Virus record (IMG/VR): IMGVR_UViG_3300020314_000013
Location: 1 to 33,760 of that record
Source: a virus
Lineage: Duplodnaviria; Caudoviricetes
DNA: 33,760 bases
Reading direction: 5' to 3' (one strand)
Shown: one piece after another, positions 8,603 to 18,620 of the stretch
Numbering within the stretch: position 1 is the stretch's first letter
Layout of the letters: each line of letters begins with the position of its first letter
The notes under the pieces: generated by a model
What the model was told of the DNA's origin: nothing
Database searches by the model: none
What the model saw: the letters and a program-made list of their open reading frames with translations, nothing else
Made by a program: the position numbers and the translations under genes

Positions 8603-9223
8603 ATGCCTACTACACCATCCACAGATATTGAGGTAGCACAGAAGGCTATGGTTCTTGTTGGACTAGAGCCTTTAACGTCTTTTACAGATCAAACTGATGA
8701 AGCGTTAGTTGCTAACACAATATATGAAGATGTCATTGAGGATTGTCTTGCACAGCATAATTGGAATTTTGCAACAGGGCAAAAAGAACTCAGTAGACTG
8801 ACGGCTGTGCCTGTTGATAGATGGGATGCTGCATATGCTATGCCGACATCGCCACCTGTTGTTCAGGTACAGACTGTCACTATTGATGATGCTCCGCAGC
8901 CCTATGATATTTATGAAAGCAACATTTATATTAATGCTGATGCTACAGATACAGTTGTGCTTAATTATATTTTTCGACCTGTTGTTAGAAACTGGCCTCC
9001 TGCATTTACTATGTGGACTATATTTAGGTTGGCTTCTGTTCTTGCTTTATCAGTTACTAGAAAAGGCGATATTGCAAGAAGTTATACAGATCAAGCTGAA
9101 GCTCAATTTAGAAGAGCAAAAGCTAGGGATTCTCAACAGGTTACAACTCAAGGATTAAAGCCGACTCGTTTTCATAGAGTAAGGCTTGGCAATGGAATTT
9201 ACCAACATCTTGAAGGCACTTAA
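8603..9223 (+). CDS. tail adaptor (tail tubular protein A, T7 gp11-like)
   Basis: 206 aa; IEVAQKAMVLVG, HNWNFA, WPPAF..RLA; synteny. Confidence 0.8.
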   Translation: MPTTPSTDIEVAQKAMVLVGLEPLTSFTDQTDEALVANTIYEDVIEDCLAQHNWNFATGQKELSRLTAVPVDRWDAAYAMPTSPPVVQVQTVTIDDAPQPYDIYESNIYINADATDTVVLNYIFRPVVRNWPPAFTMWTIFRLASVLALSVTRKGDIARSYTDQAEAQFRRAKARDSQQVTTQGLKPTRFHRVRLGNGIYQHLEGT

Positions 9224-9236
9224 TAAGTAGGCATGA

Positions 9237-11162
9237 ATGGCACTTTTAAGACAATTTTATACAAACTTTACAGCAGGGGAGCTTTCCCCTCTCTTGTCAT
9301 CAAGAGTGGATTCCGAAGCCTATAAAAACGGTGCTAAAACTGTCCGTAATTTTAGACTTCGTGCGCAGGGTGGTATTATACGCCGTCCAGGGTTTAAGTA
9401 CCTTCAAACGCTTTCTAATCTTTCTTATCAGATGGAGTCTTACGTTTATGACGAAGACGAGGCGTACATACTTTTATTTAGTAATACTAAGCTGGATATT
9501 ATTGATGTTACTAACCTCACAACAATAACTCAAACTCTTACGTCATGTCCTTGGGTTACTTCCCAGATAGGTCAATTAAAAGTTGCTCAATCTGGTGATA
9601 CAATGATTATTGTTCATCCTGATTTTACCATGCAGAAGCTTACTAGAACTTCTGCTAATACTTTTAGTTTGGCAGATTTTGCTTTTGATGGATTAGATAA
9701 AAGACCATATTTTAGATTTGCTCCAACCGCAACAACTATTACTCCTTCCAATGCTAGTGCTGGAACAGGCAAAACACTTACTGCTAGTACAAGCATTTTT
9801 GTAAGCACTGATGTTGGAAGAAATATTAAATTTATTGATAGTGCTGGTACGGCTGCGTATTTTACAATAACAGCATTTACATCTGGTACAGTTGTTACCG
9901 CTACTTTAGATAGAGCTATAGCTAACACAAATGCTTCTGATAATTATACTCAAGAGGTTTTTTCTACTACAACAGGCTTTGCAAGAACTGTAATGTTCCA
10001 TGACCAAAGGCTTATATTTGGTGGATCTCGTGATTTACCAAACAATCTTTTCTTTTCTAAAGTAGGTGAATTTTTCAACTTTGATGTTGGTAGCGGTTTA
10101 GATAGTGAATCAATACAAGTTCAGATAGCCGAAAATCAAATATCAGAGATAAAGTCTTTGGCTTCTTTTAGGCATTTAGCTATTTTTACATCTGAACAGG
10201 AATTATTTTGCCCTACTGTAGATAATCGTCCTTTGACACCAAGCACTATATCAATCAAAAAGCAAACAAGTTTTGGCAGTGGAGAAGTTAATCCTGTTGA
10301 GTTTGATGGAGCTGTTGTTTTTTTAACAAAGTCAAAGGGTGCTATAAGAGAATTTATATATTCTGATTTAAGCCAAGCTTACAATTCTGATGCTTTGACT
10401 ATTTTGTCTCAGCATTTAATTGGCACTCCTACTGATATGGTTTCTCAAAGAGAAAGTTCCGATCAAGTTGAAAGTTATCTTTATTCTGTAAACACAGATG
10501 GAAATATAGCTGTCTTTACGAGTATAAGAAAAGAAAAGCTACAAGGTTGGTGTTTATATACAACTAATGGATCTTATAAAAACATTGTAAATGTAAACAG
10601 AAAAATATTTGTTGTAACTGAAAGAACCATTAACAGTGCAACTGTTACTGCTCTTGAAGAAATGAGTAATGAATTTCATTTAGATTCTGCGTTAAAACTG
10701 ACTCATGGATCTGCTAAAACAAACTGGCAAATTGCACATTTGCCTAATACATTAGTTCATGTCAAATCTGGTAATTATAGTTTAGGTTCTTATACCACAG
10801 ATGGTTCTGGAAATGTTACTTTGACTGATGCTGTAGATAATATTGAAATTGGTATAAATTACACACCAACCTTAACAACATTGGCTCCAGAGTTTCAGTT
10901 GCAGGATGGATTGTCTTTTGGGCAAAAACGTAGAATTGTGAGAGCTGTTCTTGATTTGAATGAATCTCTTAATGTAAAAGCTAAGGGAACTAATATTTTA
11001 ATAAGAAGGGTTACAAGTAATTTTGCTGTTGCACCTGATTCGATTACCCAAAGAAAAGAACTTTACTTCCTTGGGTGGTCAAATGAAGGTACACTTACAA
11101 TAACTCAAGATGAGCCATTACCGCTTGGTTTGAATGGTTTGCTTTTAGAGGTAGAAGTTTAA
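9237..11162 (+). CDS. tail nozzle (tail tubular protein B, T7 gp12-like)
   Basis: 641 aa; NFTAGELSPLL..R.D, GGIIRRPG, FHDQRLIFGG, QDEPLPL. Confidence 0.88.
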   Translation: MALLRQFYTNFTAGELSPLLSSRVDSEAYKNGAKTVRNFRLRAQGGIIRRPGFKYLQTLSNLSYQMESYVYDEDEAYILLFSNTKLDIIDVTNLTTITQTLTSCPWVTSQIGQLKVAQSGDTMIIVHPDFTMQKLTRTSANTFSLADFAFDGLDKRPYFRFAPTATTITPSNASAGTGKTLTASTSIFVSTDVGRNIKFIDSAGTAAYFTITAFTSGTVVTATLDRAIANTNASDNYTQEVFSTTTGFARTVMFHDQRLIFGGSRDLPNNLFFSKVGEFFNFDVGSGLDSESIQVQIAENQISEIKSLASFRHLAIFTSEQELFCPTVDNRPLTPSTISIKKQTSFGSGEVNPVEFDGAVVFLTKSKGAIREFIYSDLSQAYNSDALTILSQHLIGTPTDMVSQRESSDQVESYLYSVNTDGNIAVFTSIRKEKLQGWCLYTTNGSYKNIVNVNRKIFVVTERTINSATVTALEEMSNEFHLDSALKLTHGSAKTNWQIAHLPNTLVHVKSGNYSLGSYTTDGSGNVTLTDAVDNIEIGINYTPTLTTLAPEFQLQDGLSFGQKRRIVRAVLDLNESLNVKAKGTNILIRRVTSNFAVAPDSITQRKELYFLGWSNEGTLTITQDEPLPLGLNGLLLEVEV

Positions 11163-11584
11163 TGGGTATGCAATTACAAATAGCTGGTGCTTTTTTGGGC
11201 CTTATGGCTGCACAGCAACAACGTAAAGCTTATCAAATGGAAGCTGCTGCTTATCGTGAGCAAGCAGAGATGACAAAGATTGAAGCGGCTCAAAAAGAAA
11301 ATGAGAGAAATCGTAAATTGCGTTTACAATTAGCTTCATTAGGTACATCGATGTCTGCTCAAGGTGTTTCTTTGGGAACTTCTCCATCTGTTTTGGCTCT
11401 TGCTGATGATGAGGAAAAGATAGCAGCAGCAGATATATCTTCTATTAGATTAATGGGAATGTCTCAAAGAAGGCGTTATGAGTTAAGCGCATCTGGATCT
11501 GAAGCGGCTGGCAGTGCTGCTATGATGGGTGGATTTATTAAATCTGCAACTGGTATTTATTCTGCTACTAAAGGTGTTGGCTAA
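11162..11584 (+). CDS. internal virion/ejection protein (gp14-like)
   Basis: 140 aa Ala/Gly-rich with hydrophobic termini; synteny. Confidence 0.65.
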   Translation: MGMQLQIAGAFLGLMAAQQQRKAYQMEAAAYREQAEMTKIEAAQKENERNRKLRLQLASLGTSMSAQGVSLGTSPSVLALADDEEKIAAADISSIRLMGMSQRRRYELSASGSEAAGSAAMMGGFIKSATGIYSATKGVG

Positions 11585-14500
11585 TGGTTTATAAGAAAAC
11601 TGGCGGCAGAAGCGTTATAACACAGCCTGTTGGTATGCCAGATTTAAGTGGTTTTTTTGACTCTGCTAATCAGCTTGCAAAAGTAAGCCAGTTAGCAAGT
11701 GGAATTGGTTTAGATATACGCAAAAGAGAATATAATGACGCTATAAGGGATGCTGAAATAGATGGTTCTACAGCGGGTGCTGTTTATGTAGATGGAAAAT
11801 TACAACCTCTTGTAAATTTTGATTACGAAAAAGCATCTGGTTTTGTCCCTGATGATCGGAAAAAAATACTAGATCAGTACAAAAAATCAGCGATAAGAAC
11901 TTATGCTTCTGCTGCATCTGTAGATATTGATTTAGCAGCAGATAATGCGTTGCTTGATAATCCAACTGATCCTAATGCTATAAGAGGATCTTTAGAAGGG
12001 TATTTGGAAGGCATTGAGGATCTTGATCCTAGATTAAAAAGCTCTCTTACTGCAAAGGCTACTCAATCTTTTGGCATAGCTGAAAACAGAGCGTTTGCAG
12101 CACAGCAAAAAGAAGTTAAAGCCAATACAATAGCTGTTAATTCTAAAGCATATAAAAATCTTACTGTTGAAAAAAGTAAGCTTTTAGCTGCCTTGAATCC
12201 TGAAGATCAAGAAATGCAGGATGCTGTTAATGTTCGTGTTCAAGAAATTAACGCTGAACAAGAACAGATATTAGAAACTCTTTCATTAAATGAGGTTTCT
12301 GATAGAGCCATTCAAAAAATTAGAGATGCTGATACAACCATTGTAGCGTCCAGGGTTGGTAAACAATTAATAGAAAAAACGTTTTATGCTGAAGGTGAAT
12401 CTGCTGCTAGACAAGCTGTTGTAACATTGATTGAAGAAGCAGAAAATAATCCTGACATAAACATAGATTTAGTCAGGTCTGTTGGTGTCAACACATTACA
12501 AAATTTAACTGGTATTGCTGCTGCTCAGAATAAAGAAGAAAAGAAAATAAGAGAAGGCATTTATGGTGATTTTTACGCCAAGATAATAATGAAACAATTT
12601 AATATACAAGATGTTATTGATGACCCAGAAAGTGATTTCTTTGAGTTATTGCCAACTCAGCAAGCTCAATTGTTTAGCGTGTCTCAAGGTGTTCAAGACG
12701 CAAGTGAAAAAACTGCCGCTGCTTATTTTACTAAGGTTTATGAAGGCAACGTTGCTATAATTAAAAACGCTGAACGTACTGGAACCAGTGGTCTTGTTGG
12801 TGATCGGGTTTATGACGCTATGCGTGAAAACACAGAGCTTTTTGTAAATGGATTTATATCAGTTAAACAATTTGAAGAATCAAAAGGTTTTTTCTTAGAC
12901 CAAGTTGGTCTTTTGAAAGTAAAAGATGCTACTAATACAATAATTGGCTTGCATAGAGAATTAGGTCCAAACAGTAGTTTTTCACTGTCTCCTGCTACAT
13001 TTAGAGATATAAGGACTATAGAAAAATATGAAAAAATAGGTGTTATTGGAAAGAACAGCCTGTTTTCAGATAGAATTTCTTATATCAAAGCAGTTGATAC
13101 CTATGAAACAAATTACACTAAAAAAAGAACTTCTCTTAATCTAGCTAATTCAGCAGAAAATAAATTATCAAATAACATACCTGTTTCTCAAAAAGAACAA
13201 TCAGCTCTTGTTGAAGAAAAGGGTTTTGATAAAGTTCGTATAAAATTAGTGGATGATAGTGGCATTGAGTCTGTTCAAATGATGAGTGTGGATGATGCTC
13301 TTTTAAGTGAAGATGAAAATGTTTTTCAACAGGCTGTAGATAAGGTTGCTAATTTTAGCGTTTTAACTAGTGGTTTGTTACATCCTTCTGCTAAACAAAT
13401 TTTTGAAAGATCTCCGTTTACACCAGAAAATGCAGATAGAGGTTATAGAATATTTAGCCAAATAGTAACTGGCATTCAAAAAAGAGAAGACATTAGTGAC
13501 AGAAAAACAGCAGAGAGTATGTTTTTTGCACAAAACTTTTCTGACAATGGAATGATTCCAGATTTTTTTAGGACTGTAAGCACCTTTGGGATTGAGTTGG
13601 CTCAAGAGTCTTTTCTTGGCAATATGAAGAAAAATCTTAATAGAGCTGAAAGCGAAATTATACCGAAAGGCGGCAATAAAGATGATTACTTTGATAAGGT
13701 ATTTAAGTCGTCTTTGAAAAACTGGGAATTTTTTTCAATATTTGAACACGGCATATCTTCTCAAAACAAGCAAATGTTAAATGAAATGGCCGCTAATGCT
13801 GGTGTTAGCAATATAGAAGATGCTTTTATTAGTGATCCTGATATTAGAAATCAGGTTCAAGGTTTGTTTTTTAATAGAATGGTTGAGTTAAAAGGTATAT
13901 CTAATCCTGAAGCTGTTATGCAGGATATTCTTCGTGATATTGGTAAACGTTTAGGAGTTCAACAAAACCCTAGAGATGGGTCTTTAGAATTTGTTAAAGA
14001 TCCTATATTAAAACATGCTCAAGCTACAGTACCAACTAACAGATTGAATGGTACACCTGTTGTTTCTATTAATATGAATACAATTACTAATGATGTTAGG
14101 GATTTATTTCTAAATGAAAATTCAGCAATTAGCTCTGAATTAAGAAAATCCCTAATGGATATGGGAAGTGGCACAATTGATTTTAGGGCGAATGAAAGAG
14201 AAACTCCTACTATGCACTTTGTAGCCAATGAAACTTTTGGTGCTGAACAAACATATAGTGTCTATATAAGAGATGGTTATGGAAGAGGAAGTCTTCTTCT
14301 TGATAACTATAGATATGATTTCAAAAATAGTCAGGCTTATAAAGAAAGTTATCTTCCGACTCTTAATGCCCTTAATACCGAAAAAGCCAAACAGGTTTGG
14401 AGTATGTGGGGATTATTAGATCCTTCTTTGGTGCAAGCATCGTTCAACTCTTTTGAAAGAACAAGAAACGATAAATCTCTTATTCCTTTAATAAATGCTT

Positions 14501-14616
14501 ATAATAAGTTAAGAAGCAATATAGGTAGTCCGTCTGATGACTCACTTATTACAGAAGAAGAAAGAAATGATTTTTTTAAGATACTAGACACTGTAACAAG
14601 TTTGGGATTTAAGTGA
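11584..14616 (+). CDS. internal virion/ejection protein (gp15-like)
   Basis: 1010-aa helical protein; synteny. Confidence 0.65.
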   Translation: MVYKKTGGRSVITQPVGMPDLSGFFDSANQLAKVSQLASGIGLDIRKREYNDAIRDAEIDGSTAGAVYVDGKLQPLVNFDYEKASGFVPDDRKKILDQYKKSAIRTYASAASVDIDLAADNALLDNPTDPNAIRGSLEGYLEGIEDLDPRLKSSLTAKATQSFGIAENRAFAAQQKEVKANTIAVNSKAYKNLTVEKSKLLAALNPEDQEMQDAVNVRVQEINAEQEQILETLSLNEVSDRAIQKIRDADTTIVASRVGKQLIEKTFYAEGESAARQAVVTLIEEAENNPDINIDLVRSVGVNTLQNLTGIAAAQNKEEKKIREGIYGDFYAKIIMKQFNIQDVIDDPESDFFELLPTQQAQLFSVSQGVQDASEKTAAAYFTKVYEGNVAIIKNAERTGTSGLVGDRVYDAMRENTELFVNGFISVKQFEESKGFFLDQVGLLKVKDATNTIIGLHRELGPNSSFSLSPATFRDIRTIEKYEKIGVIGKNSLFSDRISYIKAVDTYETNYTKKRTSLNLANSAENKLSNNIPVSQKEQSALVEEKGFDKVRIKLVDDSGIESVQMMSVDDALLSEDENVFQQAVDKVANFSVLTSGLLHPSAKQIFERSPFTPENADRGYRIFSQIVTGIQKREDISDRKTAESMFFAQNFSDNGMIPDFFRTVSTFGIELAQESFLGNMKKNLNRAESEIIPKGGNKDDYFDKVFKSSLKNWEFFSIFEHGISSQNKQMLNEMAANAGVSNIEDAFISDPDIRNQVQGLFFNRMVELKGISNPEAVMQDILRDIGKRLGVQQNPRDGSLEFVKDPILKHAQATVPTNRLNGTPVVSINMNTITNDVRDLFLNENSAISSELRKSLMDMGSGTIDFRANERETPTMHFVANETFGAEQTYSVYIRDGYGRGSLLLDNYRYDFKNSQAYKESYLPTLNALNTEKAKQVWSMWGLLDPSLVQASFNSFERTRNDKSLIPLINAYNKLRSNIGSPSDDSLITEEERNDFFKILDTVTSLGFK

Positions 14617-15248
14617 TGAGCAATATTGATTGGAATTTTATTAAAGAGCAAGAAGGTTCTAAGACCACAGGTTATGTTCCTGATGCTGGTAATTCAAAAT
14701 CCGGTGTAACTATTGCAAGTGGCTTTGATTTAGGAGCAAGATCATTATCTGACTTAAAAGGTTTACCACAGGCAATTATAGATATTTTAACTCCTTTTCT
14801 TGGCATTAAGGGAGCGCAGGCAGATGAGGTTGCTAGCAACTTAAAAGTGTCTAATGACCAAGCTAACGTTATAGATGAGTTTTCTAAAAAAGAAGCTACT
14901 GATAGGTTAAGAGCTAAATGGGAAGCTGCTACTGGCGAGTCTTTTGATGACTTGCCTAAAAGTAAAGCTACAGTCGTTGCTTCAGTTGCTTTTCAATACG
15001 GTGATTTAGAATCTCAAACACCTAATTTTTGGAGACAAGTTACTTCTGGAGATTGGGACGCAGCAAATGATAATCTTAAAAATTTTGGAGATAATTATTC
15101 TAGCCGCAGATTAAGAGAATCTGAATATTTGACTGCTGGAAGGCTAGAAGAAACCCTTGCTAAAACTGCCCCAGCCGATGCTCCTAGCAGACAGTTAAGC
15201 GATGCTGAGTTAATAGCTAAAGTCCAAGACTCTAAAAAAAAACAGTAG
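14616..15248 (+). CDS. pesticin-like/T4-fold lysozyme; probable N-terminal domain of the gp16-like ejection protein
   Basis: IDWNFIKEQEG..GYVP...SGVTIASGFDLG, SVAFQYG, SRRLRES; ATG 14616 (TGATG overlap). Confidence 0.8.
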   Translation: MSNIDWNFIKEQEGSKTTGYVPDAGNSKSGVTIASGFDLGARSLSDLKGLPQAIIDILTPFLGIKGAQADEVASNLKVSNDQANVIDEFSKKEATDRLRAKWEAATGESFDDLPKSKATVVASVAFQYGDLESQTPNFWRQVTSGDWDAANDNLKNFGDNYSSRRLRESEYLTAGRLEETLAKTAPADAPSRQLSDAELIAKVQDSKKKQ

Positions 15249-18200
15249 AAACTGAAGAGCCTCTGCCAATAATAGAAGAAAGAGTTACCCCAACGCTAAC
15301 TGAGCCAGAGCAGGGGGAGCTTCCTATTATTATTGACCCTGTTTCAAATAAAAAAGTTAATGAAGTTGTTGATGATCTAAATTTAATTACTGAACCAGTA
15401 GAATTAAAAACTATTGAAACTGTTTTAGAAGATCCTGCAAAACAGACCATAGGACCAAAGACATCAAATCTTTTGCCTTCTCAAGATACAATAGAAGATA
15501 ATTATACTACTCTTTATGGTAAGCCAAACCAGACTTTTGGAGAGAGAATACCAAGTCAGCTTACTTCGAGAGAAGAGTATGATTATGCTATATTTGATGA
15601 AAGTTTTGAAAAGACTTGGAGTGCAGCATTTAGGCAATACAATTTTGTCCCTGCATTACAAAGAATGATAGAGGGCATGGATCCTAAATATAACCCTGTT
15701 CCTGGCTATGATGCTTTTCAAAACGAAGAGTTAAAAAAAGAAGTTGGTTCTGACGACGCTTTGTGGATGTTTAGGCATGATTCAAGCCCTGCTGAAACAA
15801 GGCTAAGAATGGATAGAATGAAGAAAGATGCTGAGGACCAAGCTTATCTTTCTGCGGTTGGTGGTACAGATGCAACTATTGCTGCTTCTTTAGCTACCCC
15901 TTTTCTTTTTACACCTTTGGCTTCTGTTAATACCTTAAAGATGGCAAGCCCCTTAAAAAGATTTATAGGCGGTTCATTACAAACTGCGGCTATTACTGCG
16001 CCAGAAACATTACTAATTGAGTCACAAAATGAGAGCAGAGATGCTTCGTATTCAGTTCTTGCTTTAACTGGCTTATCTTTAGTAGGTGGCACTTTAGCTG
16101 CTAAATATCCTAAAGCTATGATGCCAGCAGCTTACAGAAATGCTGCTAATTCTGATGATGCTATGCCTAGAAGTGTGGGTGCTGCTGCTCCAATAGATCG
16201 TAAAAATTTAAGCAAAAATCAATTACATCAATTGCTTGAAGAGGAAGCGTTAGTGGAGACAGGTGTGGGTTTGGAGAAATTACCTTGGAATCCGGTAATA
16301 AGACTTTTGAAAAGCGGATCTTTATTATCTAGGCAATTAGCATCTGAGCTAGTCGATGTTGGTGGTATGATGCAGAAAAAAGTTGGCAAGGATATTGCCC
16401 AAGAACAATCTGTAGAAAGTATTTTTAAGGTTAAATATATTGGTCCTTTGCTAAAGGCCATTAATGAAACAGATATGTCTTATTTGAAGTATCGTGGTGT
16501 AAAAGCGTCTGAGGGTGCTATTGGACGATCTGTTCAAAAAATTAAAATATCACTTTCAGATAAAATTGATTCAGGTTCACAATTTCTCACAGAAGTTCAA
16601 TTTCGTCACAGAGTTGGCAAAGCAATGAGAAATGGTGATGTTGATACTGTAACTGACAGTGCAACACCATTTGTAAATTCAGCCGCAGCTTCTAACAGAA
16701 AAGTATTTAATTTTATAAAAGATGAAGCAAACAAATACAGATTATTTGATGACCAGTTAAAGGCTGAAATAAATGCTGCTATTAGATCTGGCAATGAAGC
16801 TTTGGCTAAACGATTAACTGAAAAACTACAAACTTTAAGAGAGCAGGGTGTATTAGCTAATAACGGTGCATCATATTTACCAAGGATTTATCGTATTGAT
16901 AAAATTATGGAAAGAAGCACTGACTTTCTTAGAATAATAGAGTCTTACGCTAGAACAACTCTAAGGATGGACGCTCAGTCTGCAAAAGTTTATGCACAAA
17001 ATGTTATGGATACAGTCACAAGGCAAAGGCCATATTTTGATCTAGATGACGTTGCTGATGGTATTGATTTTGTTCGTAAGCCTGATGGTATAAAATCAAG
17101 AACACTAGAGATACCTGACCAGCTAATTGACGATTTTCTTGAAAATGACGTTGAGGTTTTACTTCGGCATCACACTAAGACAATGGGAATAGATATTGAG
17201 CTTACTGCAAAATTTGGCAGTATTGATATGAGTTCATTAATAAAACAAGTTACTGATGAATATGAATTATTAATTAAAGAAGCAAAAAATGCAGAAGCTA
17301 GAAGAAAATTAAAAAAGGCTCTTGATAATGATATTAGAGACATAAAAGGTTTAAGAGATCGTGTTAGAGGTACATATGGCGCATCTAAAGATCCTCATCA
17401 ATTAAGTAGTCGTTTTGTAAGAAGCATGAAATCATTTAACGTTCTCGTTGGAATGGGTGGTGCTGTAATAGCATCCGTTCCTGATATAGCTAGAAGTGTT
17501 ATGGTTGAAGGTTTTTCTAATACTTATAGATATGGATTTGAACAACTATTCAGAGATATTCCTAACCATATAAAACGTATGAAAAAGGCAGAGTTAGAGG
17601 CTGCTGCTGTGTCTGCTGATGCTGTTCTTGGATTAAGAGCCAATTCGTTTTCTGACATAGGAGATTTATTCGGATCTAGGTTTGCTCTTGAAAGAAAGCT
17701 AAATCAAGCAACTGGCGTATTCTTTATGCTTAATGGTCTAAATTACTGGAACCAAGCATTAAAAGAATTTGCTGGTAATGTAACTATGGCGAGAATGAAT
17801 AAGTCGATTATGACGGTCTGGGAAGGTTTATCCAAGGCCGAAAAAGAAAAGCTTTTGAAAAACGGAATTGATCGTGCAGATGCTTATAGAATTAGATCAC
17901 TTATTCAAAAACACGGTAGAAAATATAATAATGTTTGGCTTCCCAATACAGATAAATGGGAAGATGCTACTATGAGGTTAAAGTACAGAATAGCTTTGCA
18001 GCAAAATGTTGATCGTATAATAGTAACCCCCGGAGCTGGTGACAGAGCTTTGTGGACTTCTACTGAGCTTGGATCTCTTATGACCCAATTTAAGTCTTAT
18101 GGTCAGGGTGCTATGGTTAGGCTTGCTACTGCTGGTCTGCAAGAAAGAGATGGTGCTTTCTGGCAAGGTGCATTTTTACTTGTTGGTTTAGCTGCTTTGG

Positions 18201-18577
18201 TAAATGAGATTAAACGTGCGCAATATGGTATGGATAATGAAGAGGCTTTTGATGATAAGCTAGTTAATGCCATTGATAGATCTGGAATATTGGGTTGGTT
18301 TACAGATGTTAATAATGCTGTTGAAAAAATAACAGATTATAAAATGGGAATGAGGCCAATGTTTACAGATCAACCAGAATACGCTCTTCCTGATAAAGCT
18401 AAAATAGGAGGCGTTTTTGGCCCTGCGGCAAGTAATTTGTTAAATGCTGGTAGTGTAATGAGTGATATTGTTACGTTTAACGCAGATGAACAAACCTTAA
18501 AAGATGCTCGTTTTATAACTCCTGGGTCTACATTACCTTATTTAGACCCGATATATGACGGTGTGTTTGGTGATTAA
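15236..18577 (+). CDS. large internal virion/ejection protein (gp16-like), reached by -1 frameshift or split by a homopolymer error
   Basis: Frame open from 15236 (TAA at 15233-15235) to 18577; no good start or RBS near its 5' end; SYLPRIY and QFKSY motifs typical of large ejection proteins. Confidence 0.75.
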   Translation, partial: KKTVETEEPLPIIEERVTPTLTEPEQGELPIIIDPVSNKKVNEVVDDLNLITEPVELKTIETVLEDPAKQTIGPKTSNLLPSQDTIEDNYTTLYGKPNQTFGERIPSQLTSREEYDYAIFDESFEKTWSAAFRQYNFVPALQRMIEGMDPKYNPVPGYDAFQNEELKKEVGSDDALWMFRHDSSPAETRLRMDRMKKDAEDQAYLSAVGGTDATIAASLATPFLFTPLASVNTLKMASPLKRFIGGSLQTAAITAPETLLIESQNESRDASYSVLALTGLSLVGGTLAAKYPKAMMPAAYRNAANSDDAMPRSVGAAAPIDRKNLSKNQLHQLLEEEALVETGVGLEKLPWNPVIRLLKSGSLLSRQLASELVDVGGMMQKKVGKDIAQEQSVESIFKVKYIGPLLKAINETDMSYLKYRGVKASEGAIGRSVQKIKISLSDKIDSGSQFLTEVQFRHRVGKAMRNGDVDTVTDSATPFVNSAAASNRKVFNFIKDEANKYRLFDDQLKAEINAAIRSGNEALAKRLTEKLQTLREQGVLANNGASYLPRIYRIDKIMERSTDFLRIIESYARTTLRMDAQSAKVYAQNVMDTVTRQRPYFDLDDVADGIDFVRKPDGIKSRTLEIPDQLIDDFLENDVEVLLRHHTKTMGIDIELTAKFGSIDMSSLIKQVTDEYELLIKEAKNAEARRKLKKALDNDIRDIKGLRDRVRGTYGASKDPHQLSSRFVRSMKSFNVLVGMGGAVIASVPDIARSVMVEGFSNTYRYGFEQLFRDIPNHIKRMKKAELEAAAVSADAVLGLRANSFSDIGDLFGSRFALERKLNQATGVFFMLNGLNYWNQALKEFAGNVTMARMNKSIMTVWEGLSKAEKEKLLKNGIDRADAYRIRSLIQKHGRKYNNVWLPNTDKWEDATMRLKYRIALQQNVDRIIVTPGAGDRALWTSTELGSLMTQFKSYGQGAMVRLATAGLQERDGAFWQGAFLLVGLAALVNEIKRAQYGMDNEEAFDDKLVNAIDRSGILGWFTDVNNAVEKITDYKMGMRPMFTDQPEYALPDKAKIGGVFGPAASNLLNAGSVMSDIVTFNADEQTLKDARFITPGSTLPYLDPIYDGVFGD

Positions 18578-18612
18578 TGTGAATTTACAGTGAAGCCAAT
18601 GAAATGTATAAG
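18576..18612 (+). promoter_or_regulatory. putative tail-fibre promoter
   Basis: AATGTGAATTTACA identical to 6958-6971; TTTACA -17- TATAAG. Confidence 0.5.
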
Positions 18613-18620
18613 AGGTTATT

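Noticed and set aside
15473-15475. TTG start for the large ejection protein
   Set aside because: No SD, and the frame is open and protein-like for 79 codons upstream to the A9 run.
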